A stretch of DNA of 45,815 bases from IMG/VR virus record IMGVR_UViG_3300048881_000314, positions 1 through 45,815 of that record; one strand, given 5' to 3'. This DNA is from a virus (taxonomy: Duplodnaviria; Caudoviricetes). Positions 17,897 to 27,785 of the stretch are shown here, in pieces; positions within the stretch are counted from its first letter, which is position 1, and the number at the start of each line of letters is the position of its first letter. Position numbers and translations under genes: made by a program. The notes beneath the pieces are model-generated. The model made no database searches. It saw only the letters and a list, made by a program, of their open reading frames with translations, and was not told the DNA's origin.

Positions 17897-19560
17897 TGGG
17901 CGCCTTTAAACTTAGAGATTACCAACAATACGGAAAAGATTTAATTTCGAATGAGTTTCGAAAAGGAAACAATCGCGTAATGTTGTGGGCGCAAACAGGG
18001 GCCGGAAAAGGCCTTTGGATGGCCAACTTTGTCCAGGAATCAACATCGAAAGGTTTGCGCGTTCTATCTGTTATGCGTAGGCGTGAAATTATTTTTCAAA
18101 CTGGAAAGAATTATAAAAAATATTATGGAATTGAATCGAATTTAATAATGGGTTCAATTAGAAATAACAATCAACACCTTTCAACCGTGGCAAGCATAGA
18201 CACGCTAAGGAATAGGATTAAAAACCCGAAATACGGCCATTTAAAAGACGTTGACGTTGTTATTATAGACGAATGCCACGATCTTACTTCGTCGACTTAC
18301 AAGCGTTTAATTTGGTTCCTGGAAGGTTACGACCTGGACGAATATAACGACAAAGATTTTGAAGCAAATAAACAATATTTTAGAAAAATATATATTGGAC
18401 TTACGGCCACGCCTTTTAGGGTAGGACGACAAACACACACTTTTTGGCAATCGGTTGTTAAGCCTATTGAAGCGCATGAACTTCGTGACCGTGGTTTTTT
18501 AACTCATGTTAAGGTTTTTGCGCCTAAAAAAATCGACGTTACTGGTATAAGAATGACCGGTTCCGACTACAATCAAAAAGAACTTTTTGAAAGGGTTTCA
18601 AAACTTCAAGTTATCGGTGACGTTGTAGAAACTTATAAGCAACTCGGACAAAACAAACCCGCAATTATGTTTTGTGTTAACCAGGCCCATTCTAAAATTA
18701 TGGCCCAGGCTTTTAACGAAGCGGGAATTCCGGCGGTCCATTGCGACGCGGACCATTCCCAGGCGGAACGAGACGCCGCCGTTGCCGGCTTAAAGTCCGG
18801 CAAATATAAAATACTATGTAACTGCAATATATTTTCTACGGGCTTCGACGCGCCATTTGTGGAAGTCTTAATTGGTGGCCGTCCAAGCGATTCGGAAAAC
18901 TTAACATTACAACAATGGGGTCGAGTTTTAAGACCTTTTAAAGTTTGCGCAAATTGCCACACTGAATACGGTGGCGACAATTCTTGTTACCAATGCGGTT
19001 CTTCACAAACTAGCTACGTTAAGGAATACGCAATTATTTTAGACCACGCAAATAATACGGACCGTTGGGGCCTTCCTTACGATATTAGACAACCGGAACT
19101 TGAACCAATTGACAGAACAAGGAAAGGTTCAAGCGGTGGTTCTGGCGTTAAAACTTGCCCTAAATGTTTCGCGGTTGTTCCAAACATTGACCGTTATTGC
19201 GGTTGTGGCCATGACTTTGTTGAGGCGTCAGAACAAAACCAGGCCGAACAAGTTGTTAACGTGGCCGGAGAGTTACACGAAGTTGATGCAAACTTTTTAA
19301 AAGAACAATTATTTCAAAAGATTAAACAAAGATATAACACTTATAAAAGGCTTGAAATGCTAAGGCATTGGGGGCCTAATTCAAAATTCTATAAATTATA
19401 TGAAGAATTTGGCGACGACCTTTGGCAATTTTCTAGCAGTTTCGGAATACCTGTAAAAGTTAAGAATCAAATGAAGAAAAACGAACTATATGACGGCCTG
19501 GACGGTCTTCACGATGCAATTAATAATTCGTCCGGCAAAAACGATAAGGTGATAACATGA
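17896..19560 (+). CDS. SF2 DExH helicase (RadD/YejH-like) with zinc ribbons
   Basis: QTGAGKG, DECH, TATP, STGFDAP, Q..GR.LR, CxxC motifs. Confidence 0.92.
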   Translation: MGAFKLRDYQQYGKDLISNEFRKGNNRVMLWAQTGAGKGLWMANFVQESTSKGLRVLSVMRRREIIFQTGKNYKKYYGIESNLIMGSIRNNNQHLSTVASIDTLRNRIKNPKYGHLKDVDVVIIDECHDLTSSTYKRLIWFLEGYDLDEYNDKDFEANKQYFRKIYIGLTATPFRVGRQTHTFWQSVVKPIEAHELRDRGFLTHVKVFAPKKIDVTGIRMTGSDYNQKELFERVSKLQVIGDVVETYKQLGQNKPAIMFCVNQAHSKIMAQAFNEAGIPAVHCDADHSQAERDAAVAGLKSGKYKILCNCNIFSTGFDAPFVEVLIGGRPSDSENLTLQQWGRVLRPFKVCANCHTEYGGDNSCYQCGSSQTSYVKEYAIILDHANNTDRWGLPYDIRQPELEPIDRTRKGSSGGSGVKTCPKCFAVVPNIDRYCGCGHDFVEASEQNQAEQVVNVAGELHEVDANFLKEQLFQKIKQRYNTYKRLEMLRHWGPNSKFYKLYEEFGDDLWQFSSSFGIPVKVKNQMKKNELYDGLDGLHDAINNSSGKNDKVIT

Positions 19561-19664
19561 GAGAACTTTTAAATGAACTAGACAAAAATGACCCGCTATT
19601 TTTCGGAATCATTTTAATAATTATAATAGGAATTTGGTTTTTAGATAGGAAGGTTAAGCAATGA
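19557..19664 (+). CDS. 35-aa single-pass membrane protein (not in ORF track)
   Basis: MRELLNELDKNDPLFFGIILIIIIGIWFLDRKVKQ; ATGA overlaps at both ends. Confidence 0.6.
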   Translation: MRELLNELDKNDPLFFGIILIIIIGIWFLDRKVKQ

Positions 19665-20536
19665 AATATTTATCAACGTTTACAGGTGTTGGCGGTTTTG
19701 AAATCGCTATTGAAAAAGTTTTTAAGGGGGCGAAGTGTGTTGGGTATTCCGAAATTGATAAGTTTGCAATTGAAACATATAACAAAAATTTTCCAGGCCA
19801 TAGTGAAATTAATTTTGGCGATATTGAACGTCTTGTTTTCGACCTCGATAAGAAAGGCAATTTTGTCGTTAATGAAGCAAGGGTTCGTTTGCTTCCTGAC
19901 TTCGATTTACTCGTTGGTGGTTCACCTTGCCAAGACTTTTCAATTGCCAAGGCAAAACGAAAAGGACTTGAAGGACTAAAGTCCAGGTTATTTTTTGCTT
20001 ACCTGGAAATATTAAGAATTAAGAAACCAAAATATTTCTTACTTGAAAACGTGGCCAGTATGTCCAAGGCGAACAAAGAAAAAATTAATGAACTTATCGG
20101 CGTTAATGCCGAAACTATTAATTCAGACAAATGGGTTCCGCAAAAAAGAAGAAGAAATTATTGGTTTAATTGGGAAATGCCGGAATTACCAAAAGAAGAC
20201 GGCCCGCGCTGGCCGGAACTTGTCGCATGGTCTAGTTCAAACGATTACGACAAGGAAGGGAACCATAAAAAGAAACGTACACGCGAAACAAAAGACGGTC
20301 GCGCCAACACTTTAACAACCGGTCGCGGTTGCGGTTCATTTTCTAGTAAGAACTTTATTAGGGCCAAGGGTGCGGACCCTAAAGACGATAAAATTCTTAC
20401 GCCTGTTTTATGTGAACAATTACAAGGCTTACCGGTTGATTGGACAAAAGGCGTTTCCGATACTCAACGTTACAAGCAAGTTGGTAATTGCGTAAACCCG
20501 GACACGATAGAACATATTTTAAAAGGAATTAAATAA
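19661..20536 (+). CDS. C5-cytosine DNA methyltransferase
   Basis: STFTGVGGF, GGSPCQDFS, ENV, Q.R.R.Y, LQG.P, RYKQ.GN. Confidence 0.93.
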   Translation: MKYLSTFTGVGGFEIAIEKVFKGAKCVGYSEIDKFAIETYNKNFPGHSEINFGDIERLVFDLDKKGNFVVNEARVRLLPDFDLLVGGSPCQDFSIAKAKRKGLEGLKSRLFFAYLEILRIKKPKYFLLENVASMSKANKEKINELIGVNAETINSDKWVPQKRRRNYWFNWEMPELPKEDGPRWPELVAWSSSNDYDKEGNHKKKRTRETKDGRANTLTTGRGCGSFSSKNFIRAKGADPKDDKILTPVLCEQLQGLPVDWTKGVSDTQRYKQVGNCVNPDTIEHILKGIK

Positions 20537-20685
20537 TGGAAGCATTTACTTTTTTTATGATGCTTATAATTTATTGGGACTTAAGGGGCCTGATAAAAGA
20601 AGAGGCCAGGAAAAACAGGAACGCAACACACGCCGTAAATGCTAAGCGTGTTAAATATACGGGAATTGAATCATGCGAAGACTAG
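20536..20685 (+). CDS. 49-aa hypothetical protein
   Basis: TAATG coupling; AAGGA RBS; MEAFTFFMMLIIYWDL... Confidence 0.5.
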   Translation: MEAFTFFMMLIIYWDLRGLIKEEARKNRNATHAVNAKRVKYTGIESCED

Positions 20686-20768
20686 AATATTTTTACAAGT
20701 TATTAACAGATATTAACAACGAATTTAAAAAGCTTTTTGAAAACATCAAAAACTTAAAAGAGTTATAA
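20673..20768 (+). CDS. 31-aa hypothetical protein
   Basis: MRRLEYFYKLL...; fills gap, stop 1 nt before next ATG. Confidence 0.4.
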   Translation: MRRLEYFYKLLTDINNEFKKLFENIKNLKEL

Positions 20769-20769
20769 A

Positions 20770-21156
20770 ATGGCCAATAATTACTTCGCTCACCAACAAC
20801 TAGTAAAAGAATTTAGTCTTCTTATAAATGCTGAATTGCCGCAAATGCGCGTGTTCGATAGAACCGTTGGCGTTTTCTATGCCAAGCGAGTTAATAACGG
20901 CGTAATTGATTACCAGGCCGTTACAATTAACAAACCTGGCATGGCCGATATGTACGGAATTGTTAAAACCAAGTTTGGTTTCGCGGTTCATTTAGAATTT
21001 GAATTTAAAACCGGAAAAGGAAAACAAACAAAAGACCAATTGAATTGGGAAAATTTTATTAATAACTTTATGAATGGCAAATACATTGTTGTTAGAAATG
21101 CGCAAGATGCAATTGACGAAATTAAGACCTATTTAAACGCCAGGGGCCTATTATGA
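20770..21156 (+). CDS. VRR-NUC / PD-(D/E)xK nuclease (possible resolvase)
   Basis: PG.AD...EFK...GKQ..DQ..W.......G.Y.VVR. Confidence 0.85.
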   Translation: MANNYFAHQQLVKEFSLLINAELPQMRVFDRTVGVFYAKRVNNGVIDYQAVTINKPGMADMYGIVKTKFGFAVHLEFEFKTGKGKQTKDQLNWENFINNFMNGKYIVVRNAQDAIDEIKTYLNARGLL

Positions 21157-21359
21157 GTAACGAACAATTAGGAATGAGAGTTTTAAACTTTTATAATTTT
21201 ATTTATTCGCAAGGTTGGGAAGGCGGAATTTGTTGGCATCAAAACGCCTTTCATGTGACGATTACTTGCGACGGAAACATTTATTCGTATGGTGAAGAGC
21301 CGACATTAACGGCCGCGCTTGATAGTTGTATTGAGGGTTTAAGGAATGGTGGTTTTTAA
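21153..21359 (+). CDS. Hypothetical protein
   Basis: ATGA and TAATG coupling with neighbours. Confidence 0.6.
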   Translation: MSNEQLGMRVLNFYNFIYSQGWEGGICWHQNAFHVTITCDGNIYSYGEEPTLTAALDSCIEGLRNGGF

Positions 21360-21619
21360 TGTTTAATAATTTTAAAAACAGACTTTTTTATTTGTTTAAA
21401 ATAAACCGTTGCGGAAAATGTTTTTCCAAAAACCTAAACTATGAAGTGACCGACAAAATAGATTATACGGTTTGCGAAGAACGCCATTATTGTAAGAATT
21501 GTAATTTTACAGTTAACTATTGGGCCTATGGCCATTGGGAAATTCCCGAACCGGAAGGTGAAGGTTTTTTTGAAAGATTTAAAACATTAATAGAATTAAT
21601 TTATATTGGGCGAATATAA
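21359..21619 (+). CDS. Zinc-ribbon protein
   Basis: CGKC...C..NC...WAYG.W. Confidence 0.6.
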   Translation: MFNNFKNRLFYLFKINRCGKCFSKNLNYEVTDKIDYTVCEERHYCKNCNFTVNYWAYGHWEIPEPEGEGFFERFKTLIELIYIGRI

Positions 21620-21730
21620 AAAGGCCGACCAAAGGCAAATAAGGTCGACCCCTTAACCGGAAATTTTGCAAAACTGCAAAAAATGGAATAAGGTTTTGTA
21701 CCGCGGAAATTTTGAAAAGGCAAAAGATAA

Positions 21731-24289
21731 ATGGACTTAACATTTTTACAAAAATTAAATAAGGAAGCATCGGAAAATTTCGAATTGTTACAACCAATTC
21801 AAGAAATTAATCCTGACGGTTCCCTTCATAGATTCGATTCAACAAAACCAGGCGATAAGGCAATTTGGGTTTGCATTCATGCGAACGACTACAAAGGCAA
21901 CCTTTATTATAATGCTGTTTATGGAAATTGGCGCGCCGGCGTTCAATATACTTGTTCAAGTTACGAAAAAGGTGACAAAGAAACGCAATCAAAAGAGTTT
22001 AAGGCCAGCGAAAAAAAGCAGTTAAAAGAAACGCAAGAACGACTCGACCAAGAAAAACAAATGAAGTACAAGGCTTGTCGTGACAAGTGGACACCTTATT
22101 ATTATTCGTTGCCAGTTCAAACGCCTTTACATGATTATTTAAGGGCCAAGAAATTAAAAGACAATTACCACGGTCGAGTTGACCGTTACGGCGTTCTAAT
22201 TGTTCCGGCCTGGAATGCCGAAGGAATTCTTACAGGTGTTCAAAGGATATTTTTAGACCCGGAAACTAACAAATGGGAAAAGCGTTTTGTTTTTGGTATC
22301 GAAATTAAGGGTTCATTTTGTCCTTTTGGCGACGTTAGAAATGCCGAAATAATTTATATATGCGAAGGGTTTGCAACGGCCGCTTCGGTTTACCAGGCCT
22401 TTAAAGTCCAGGGAAATGTTGCCGTTGTTTGTGTTTGGAACACTTCAAATTTGCTTGAAGGTGCGCAAGCTATAAGAAAAATCAACCCGAATTCATACCT
22501 GGTTTTTGCCGCTGACAAAGATACAAATTCGGACCCAAAACTTCACAATATAGGCGAAAAGAAGGCCAAGCAAGCCGCCAATAAACTAAGTAATGCAATC
22601 GTTAAGACTGTTAAATTTTCGGTCGCAAACGACAAATGGACCGATTACAATGACCTTCACCAATTCGAAGGCCTGGACCATGTTATTAAACAATTATTTA
22701 CCGACTCGACGGAATTCACTGAAATTATTCCACTTGGTTTTAATGGTAAAAAATATCATTATTTTAGTACGTCCAAAAAAGACATATTAGACCTTTCGGC
22801 GTCCGACCATAATCCAGGCAACTTAAGCATGGAAGCGCCCGCAAAATATTGGGGCGACCGCTACGGTTATATTTTAGACAAGGAAGGGAATAAAACCAAA
22901 AACCCAAATTGGAAAATGGTAATTGAAAAACTTGGAACCGAGTCGGCCAAAGTTGGAAGGTTTAACCCGTCTAAAGTTCGTGGCGTTGGCGCATGGGAAG
23001 AAAACGGAAAAATGCTAGTTAATATCGGTGATAAAATTTATTATAACGGCGAATTTTTTCCACTTTTTAACAACGGTATTGAATCAAATTATTTTTATCA
23101 GTCTTCGGAATCGGTTTCCTTAGATTTTAATAGGCCATTACCTGACGATTACGCCAATAAATTTGTCGAGGCGTTTAAAATGCTTCGATATAAAAACCCG
23201 TCGGACTACATTATTTTATTAGGTTGGATATTTTCGGCGCAAATTTTCGCCGCACTTCCTTGGCGGCCACATATTTGGATTACCGGCGAACGTGGTTCTG
23301 GTAAATCGACAATTCTAAACTATATTAACGAGGCCCTGGCGTTTTCTGTATTAACTCAAGGGTCAACCGCTTCGGGTATTCGTCAACGTATCTTAAACAA
23401 CGCCTTCCCTATTATTTCGGACGAGGCCGAACCAAATAACGAAAAAGATAGAATGAAGTTGCAAGAAGTTCTTGAATTGGCCCGTCAATCGTCGACGCGT
23501 TCAAGTTATGAAACTTTACGTGGTTCCGCTTCTGGAAAATCAGTTTCATATAATACGAACACCTGTTTTTGTATGGGTTCAATTCAGCTTTCAAGTATGG
23601 GCGGGGCCGACACTTCACGTTTCTTTGTTATTGAAATGGAAACTGTAAAAGAACAGTCACACGCCGAATTTATAAGGCTAGAAAACGCCATGAACGAAGT
23701 CACTGACCTGGCCAGCGGTCTTTTTATTCGTGCCGTAAATATGTACGAAAATCATATTAAAAATATAGAACTTGCAAAAAAAGTTATTAAGGAAAGAAAA
23801 ATTGAATCAAGACAAGCGGACCAATTGGCGCCAATTATTGCCGGTTATTTTGCTTACTTTTCCACTGACTTAATGGACGAAACTTTTGTTGTTAACACTA
23901 TTAGGGAATTAAATTTTGAAACTTCCGAGTATGCACAGGCCAACGAAGTTAATGATTCCGAAAAATGTTTTGAAGACTTACTTGGTTTACAGATTCCAGG
24001 CCAGTCTATTACAGTCGGGCAAATACTCGAAAAGATTCCTTACGAAACAAATGGCGCGGTCATAGACGGCTTTAATCACCAATTAGGATTGTTCGGCCTA
24101 AGATATATGGACTTTGAAAAGGCGCTTTTTATTCCTGGTCGTTCGTCAGTTCTTAAAAAGGCAATTGAAAAAATTTCTGATTATTCAGATTATGGAAATA
24201 CTTTAAAAAGACATTCAAGGTATGTCGAAACGAAACCGGTAAGGGTGGCCGGTTCGCTTCGAAAGGGTCATTTAATTAGTCTTGATTAA
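21731..24289 (+). CDS. Bifunctional TOPRIM primase / P-loop helicase (P4 alpha-like)
   Basis: H.YL..K, CEGFATAAS, FAAD.D, DYNDL; GERGSGKST Walker A; SDEAE. Confidence 0.88.
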   Translation: MDLTFLQKLNKEASENFELLQPIQEINPDGSLHRFDSTKPGDKAIWVCIHANDYKGNLYYNAVYGNWRAGVQYTCSSYEKGDKETQSKEFKASEKKQLKETQERLDQEKQMKYKACRDKWTPYYYSLPVQTPLHDYLRAKKLKDNYHGRVDRYGVLIVPAWNAEGILTGVQRIFLDPETNKWEKRFVFGIEIKGSFCPFGDVRNAEIIYICEGFATAASVYQAFKVQGNVAVVCVWNTSNLLEGAQAIRKINPNSYLVFAADKDTNSDPKLHNIGEKKAKQAANKLSNAIVKTVKFSVANDKWTDYNDLHQFEGLDHVIKQLFTDSTEFTEIIPLGFNGKKYHYFSTSKKDILDLSASDHNPGNLSMEAPAKYWGDRYGYILDKEGNKTKNPNWKMVIEKLGTESAKVGRFNPSKVRGVGAWEENGKMLVNIGDKIYYNGEFFPLFNNGIESNYFYQSSESVSLDFNRPLPDDYANKFVEAFKMLRYKNPSDYIILLGWIFSAQIFAALPWRPHIWITGERGSGKSTILNYINEALAFSVLTQGSTASGIRQRILNNAFPIISDEAEPNNEKDRMKLQEVLELARQSSTRSSYETLRGSASGKSVSYNTNTCFCMGSIQLSSMGGADTSRFFVIEMETVKEQSHAEFIRLENAMNEVTDLASGLFIRAVNMYENHIKNIELAKKVIKERKIESRQADQLAPIIAGYFAYFSTDLMDETFVVNTIRELNFETSEYAQANEVNDSEKCFEDLLGLQIPGQSITVGQILEKIPYETNGAVIDGFNHQLGLFGLRYMDFEKALFIPGRSSVLKKAIEKISDYSDYGNTLKRHSRYVETKPVRVAGSLRKGHLISLD

Positions 24290-24788
24290 TAAATTGAGAC
24301 TCTTTAAATTCTTTTTCATCAAGAATCATTCCCAAAGTTTCAAGTTTTCTTTTTGGGTTTTGTGATAAAAATTCTTTTTCACTTAAGTATTTTCTTTGTG
24401 AACAAAATACATTGGCCGGAGTTAATGCAAATTTTAAATCAGTATAAACAACGTGGGCCTTTTTAATTGGCTTCTTTTCCGCGCGCTTACTAATTGCAAA
24501 TTCTTTCACTAATTCAATATGCGAATTAACCAGGTCGATAGTTCCTTTTTGTTCGTCAAGTTCTTCTTCAAGCGCAACTTTCGATTCGCAGTAATAAATT
24601 AAGTTTTCAAGACCTTTAACGGCCTCTTCCTGGTCAACTACACCGTCACGAATGGCGCAAGTGCCAGTTGCCAATTCTTTTTTAAGCCTATCAATCTTAG
24701 ATTCAAGAATTACTTTTTGAGTTAATACAATTTCATAGGCCTGTTCTAGTGCGTCTCTATTAAGTCCGCTTACGTCAAAATTTCGCAT
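24276..24788 (-). CDS. Hypothetical coiled-coil protein
   Basis: AAGGA RBS; last gene of leftward operon. Confidence 0.65.
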   Translation of the reverse strand: MRNFDVSGLNRDALEQAYEIVLTQKVILESKIDRLKKELATGTCAIRDGVVDQEEAVKGLENLIYYCESKVALEEELDEQKGTIDLVNSHIELVKEFAISKRAEKKPIKKAHVVYTDLKFALTPANVFCSQRKYLSEKEFLSQNPKRKLETLGMILDEKEFKESQFINQD

Positions 24789-24789
24789 T

Positions 24790-25002
24790 TTAATTTTCCT
24801 TTATAAAAGTTTCAAGTTCCGCCAGTTTGCTTTTAATTAACTTGGCCTTAGTTATTCCAATATTTAATAATGGTTTTGGTTCTTTTTCTTTTCCGGTCCT
24901 TTTGTCAAAGGCGGCGATTTTCTTACCGTCTTCGTCGACCTCATAAATCTTAAATTGTTTTCGACCGTTAAAGTCCTCATTTGTAAACACTTTAGTTTTC
25001 AT
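24790..25002 (-). CDS. Small hypothetical protein (possible PC4-like ssDNA binder)
   Basis: EDF.G....I......P....G..KAK.I...L.E...F pattern; coupled to PIF1 gene. Confidence 0.5.
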   Translation of the reverse strand: MKTKVFTNEDFNGRKQFKIYEVDEDGKKIAAFDKRTGKEKEPKPLLNIGITKAKLIKSKLAELETFIKEN

Positions 25003-26321
25003 ATTACACCTTTGTTTTTCAGACCCATATAAAAGTTAAATGCGTCCTTGTTACACCTTATAGCGCCAGGGCGCCAGTTTACTATTCTTAAGCCTTCGTA
25101 CTTCCTAGCGCGACTTAATGCCACGTAGGCCATGCCTTCGGCAAAACACCTGGTAAGGTCAACTTGTAAATAATCAAGCGACATACCTTGCGATTTATGA
25201 ACCGTAATGGCCCAACCTAACTTAACTGGTAATTGCTTAAACGACGCCAGGACTTGAATTTTGTCACCGTCCTTTTTTTCAACTCTCCAAACATTAACAG
25301 GAATTGAAGCGCGTGTTCCGGTATCAAATAATTTTACAATTACAGCTTGAACGGTTTCTTCAAACAATCCTTCACCAATTGTCATTTCGGTCATACCTAG
25401 ATAAGTTCCCATTGACCCGTTAACATACGCGTAATGTTTATCGTTAACTAGAACCATAACTTGCGCGCCAACCTTTAATTCCAGGCTTTCCATGGCCGGA
25501 CAATCGCGAACCAATTTGTCGCGCTCCCTTTCGTGGCCTGGTTTAAAATTAATCGTGGCCTGGTATTTTTCAAGTGGTTCATTTATTTGTTCAAGACGCT
25601 TTTCATTAACTCGATTTACTTCGTTATTCGTACTAAGTAAATTTACAGGTTCAACACCTTCCGGGAATTTGTGCCTATGAGTATTAAAAAAATATTCGTC
25701 AACCGCGTCGTTAATCGCCCCGGCCCTAACCATATTCAAGGCAAGGCAAAATTTCTGGTCGTCCTGGCGCTTAATTTCCGTTAGGTAAATGATTTTAAAA
25801 TTAAGGTCCAGGAAAACCGGCGATTGAAAACACCACGGGTTTGGCAATTCTTTTCGTTCTTCCGGTTTTACAATCGGTGGCAATTGCATAAAGTCGCCGG
25901 AGAGTATTACTTGTTTACCGCCAAAAGGTTCGTCTTTCCTGGTAACATATTTTAAAATTGCGTCTAACAATTCCAGGACGTCGGCCCGTAACATACTTAC
26001 TTCATCAATAATAAAAAGGTCACAAACTTCAAGTTCAAACCTGGTTTCTTTTGTGAATTTAAAACTGGTAACGATAGAACTTAAATGTTTTTCCTTATTG
26101 GTTTTATTCCCAATTCCAAAACACCGATGAACCGTTTCGCCGCATTCAAATTGCAAACTTGCCATTCCAGTTAATGCGGTCCTGGCCACTTCCTTATTGT
26201 TGTCGTCGGCCCATTCAATTACTTTTCGTAAATTATAAGACTTACCAACTCCGGCCCCGCCAGTTATTAAAAGATTTTGACCCGTTTCCAGGGCCTCAAT
26301 TATTTGTTCGTGAATTTCCAT
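24999..26321 (-). CDS. PIF1-family SF1B helicase
   Basis: TGGAGVGKS, IIDEVSM, PFGG.Q....GDF.QLPP, LKVGAQVM, QLP..L.WAITVHKSQGMSL, YVALSR. Confidence 0.93.
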   Translation of the reverse strand: MEIHEQIIEALETGQNLLITGGAGVGKSYNLRKVIEWADDNNKEVARTALTGMASLQFECGETVHRCFGIGNKTNKEKHLSSIVTSFKFTKETRFELEVCDLFIIDEVSMLRADVLELLDAILKYVTRKDEPFGGKQVILSGDFMQLPPIVKPEERKELPNPWCFQSPVFLDLNFKIIYLTEIKRQDDQKFCLALNMVRAGAINDAVDEYFFNTHRHKFPEGVEPVNLLSTNNEVNRVNEKRLEQINEPLEKYQATINFKPGHERERDKLVRDCPAMESLELKVGAQVMVLVNDKHYAYVNGSMGTYLGMTEMTIGEGLFEETVQAVIVKLFDTGTRASIPVNVWRVEKKDGDKIQVLASFKQLPVKLGWAITVHKSQGMSLDYLQVDLTRCFAEGMAYVALSRARKYEGLRIVNWRPGAIRCNKDAFNFYMGLKNKGVI

Positions 26322-26701
26322 TATTTCACCAACTCAACAGTTACTCTTTTTACTGGTATTTTTACTCTTGATTCCATTAACTCGGAATGTCCGTTTCCGC
26401 CTTCGTCAAAACCTTCGACACTAAAAGCCGTTTTTGTTCTATTCCAAATACCGTTTTTGTCTTTATAGTCCCAAATAAAATATTCGTCCCAGGCGCCATT
26501 TAAAACGGTTCTGTAATTAGATAGGAATTCGTCAATGTTTTCATTAATGACTTCCATTTTTCCGGTCTTGTTTATAAAGCAAATTCCGCCCTTATAAAAA
26601 GTCACTAATTCAGTTCTTGTTTTCCCGTCAAGACTAACAAGGAAGCCAGGAAGGTCGCAAAATTGCTTTAATTCTTTTACTGTCATTGTTCTAATTCCCA
26701 T
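26321..26701 (-). CDS. Hypothetical protein
   Basis: Coupled to neighbours; GAGG RBS. Confidence 0.65.
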   Translation of the reverse strand: MGIRTMTVKELKQFCDLPGFLVSLDGKTRTELVTFYKGGICFINKTGKMEVINENIDEFLSNYRTVLNGAWDEYFIWDYKDKNGIWNRTKTAFSVEGFDEGGNGHSELMESRVKIPVKRVTVELVK

Positions 26702-26972
26702 ATTTAACCTCTATTAGTTTTTGTTTTAGTTTAACGGTATTGCTTCGGTGATATTGGCCAGCGTAATTTTCAAAAGATTCAATTCTTTTTAATTCGTTCG
26801 TAACTAGAAAATCAAGAATTTGACCTTCCGACAATCGAATATTAAAGACCCTTTCATATTCCAAAATTAAGGAATTAAGGCCATTTGTTACATTAATACT
26901 GGTTTTTCTTTTGTTAGATTTAAGCCATTTTTCATTAAAAAAAACGACTATTTTTCGTCGAAAATCGTCCAT
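26691..26972 (-). CDS. Possible ribbon-helix-helix DNA-binding protein
   Basis: KRKTSINV alternating strand followed by two helices. Confidence 0.45.
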   Translation of the reverse strand: MDDFRRKIVVFFNEKWLKSNKRKTSINVTNGLNSLILEYERVFNIRLSEGQILDFLVTNELKRIESFENYAGQYHRSNTVKLKQKLIEVKYGN

Positions 26973-26999
26973 TTTTTGCCCTTTTAAATTTCCGGTTAA

Positions 27000-27215
27000 T
27001 TATTCCGATTGTTGTGGGAACATATACATTTCAAGGAACATTAAACAGAAATCTATTTGTTCCGAGCGGTTCATCATGCCATATAAAGGAAACATTGACT
27101 TAATTTGACTTTCAATTTTATTTAATCTATCAGTTTCAACCGTTATATTAAGCGGTGTTTTCTTCTTTCCGCGGCGGCTTTCCTTGAAGTTCATTATTCT
27201 TTCATTCGGTTGCAT
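27000..27215 (-). CDS. Ribbon-helix-helix (CopG/Arc-like) protein
   Basis: KTPLNITVE.D.L.KIE...NRSE.I...L; ATG 27215 has AAGGAA RBS. Confidence 0.6.
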   Translation of the reverse strand: MQPNERIMNFKESRRGKKKTPLNITVETDRLNKIESQIKSMFPLYGMMNRSEQIDFCLMFLEMYMFPQQSE

Positions 27216-27316
27216 TAACGTATTCCTTTGTTTGTGAATTAATATTTTAACGAATCTACAAAAAGACAAATAAAAATGCAAATAAAATATCGTAAACATG
27301 AAATACTTTATGAATC

Positions 27317-27672
27317 TGTTACCTTTTTTCTATATTATATATATTTGTTACCGACCCAAAGTAACAGTCTATATAAATATAGTTCAATGATTCCAGTATG
27401 TTGCATAAATATAGAAATTTGTTACCGATGTTACCTATTATATATAACTTATTAAAATAGGTATAGGTTAGATATAAGATATCTAACCTATTAAGCCTCT
27501 AAGTCGCTCTATATATCCGAAAAACGCCCAAAATCGGTAACACGCCCGAAATCATTAGGTTTTGCCGGTAACAAAAAGGCATATAGCTATGCGACAAGTG
27601 AATAATATCAAGTAGTTCCGCGGTAACAAAAAAGCATATAGCAAGACGTCATTGGTAACACGCCCGAAATCA
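27317..27672. other. Putative replication origin with convergent TGTTACC iterons and central palindrome
   Basis: TGTTACC at 27317, 27346, 27420, 27429; GGTAACA at 27536, 27567, 27622, 27654; AT-rich; 13-bp inverted repeat 27463-27491. Confidence 0.7.
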
Positions 27673-27742
27673 CGTAGAAACGTCCAAATTTATGCGCGCG
27701 AACGGAGAGTTTCAAAAACCTGGTTCCGAACGAAGAAAAAGT

Positions 27743-27771
27743 TGGACATTTGAAAAATGATTAATTATGGT
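27743..27771 (+). promoter_or_regulatory. Sigma70-like promoter for the ncRNA/tRNA cluster
   Basis: TGGACA-17 bp-TATGGT. Confidence 0.5.
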
Positions 27772-27785
27772 TATTCCCGTTAGAA

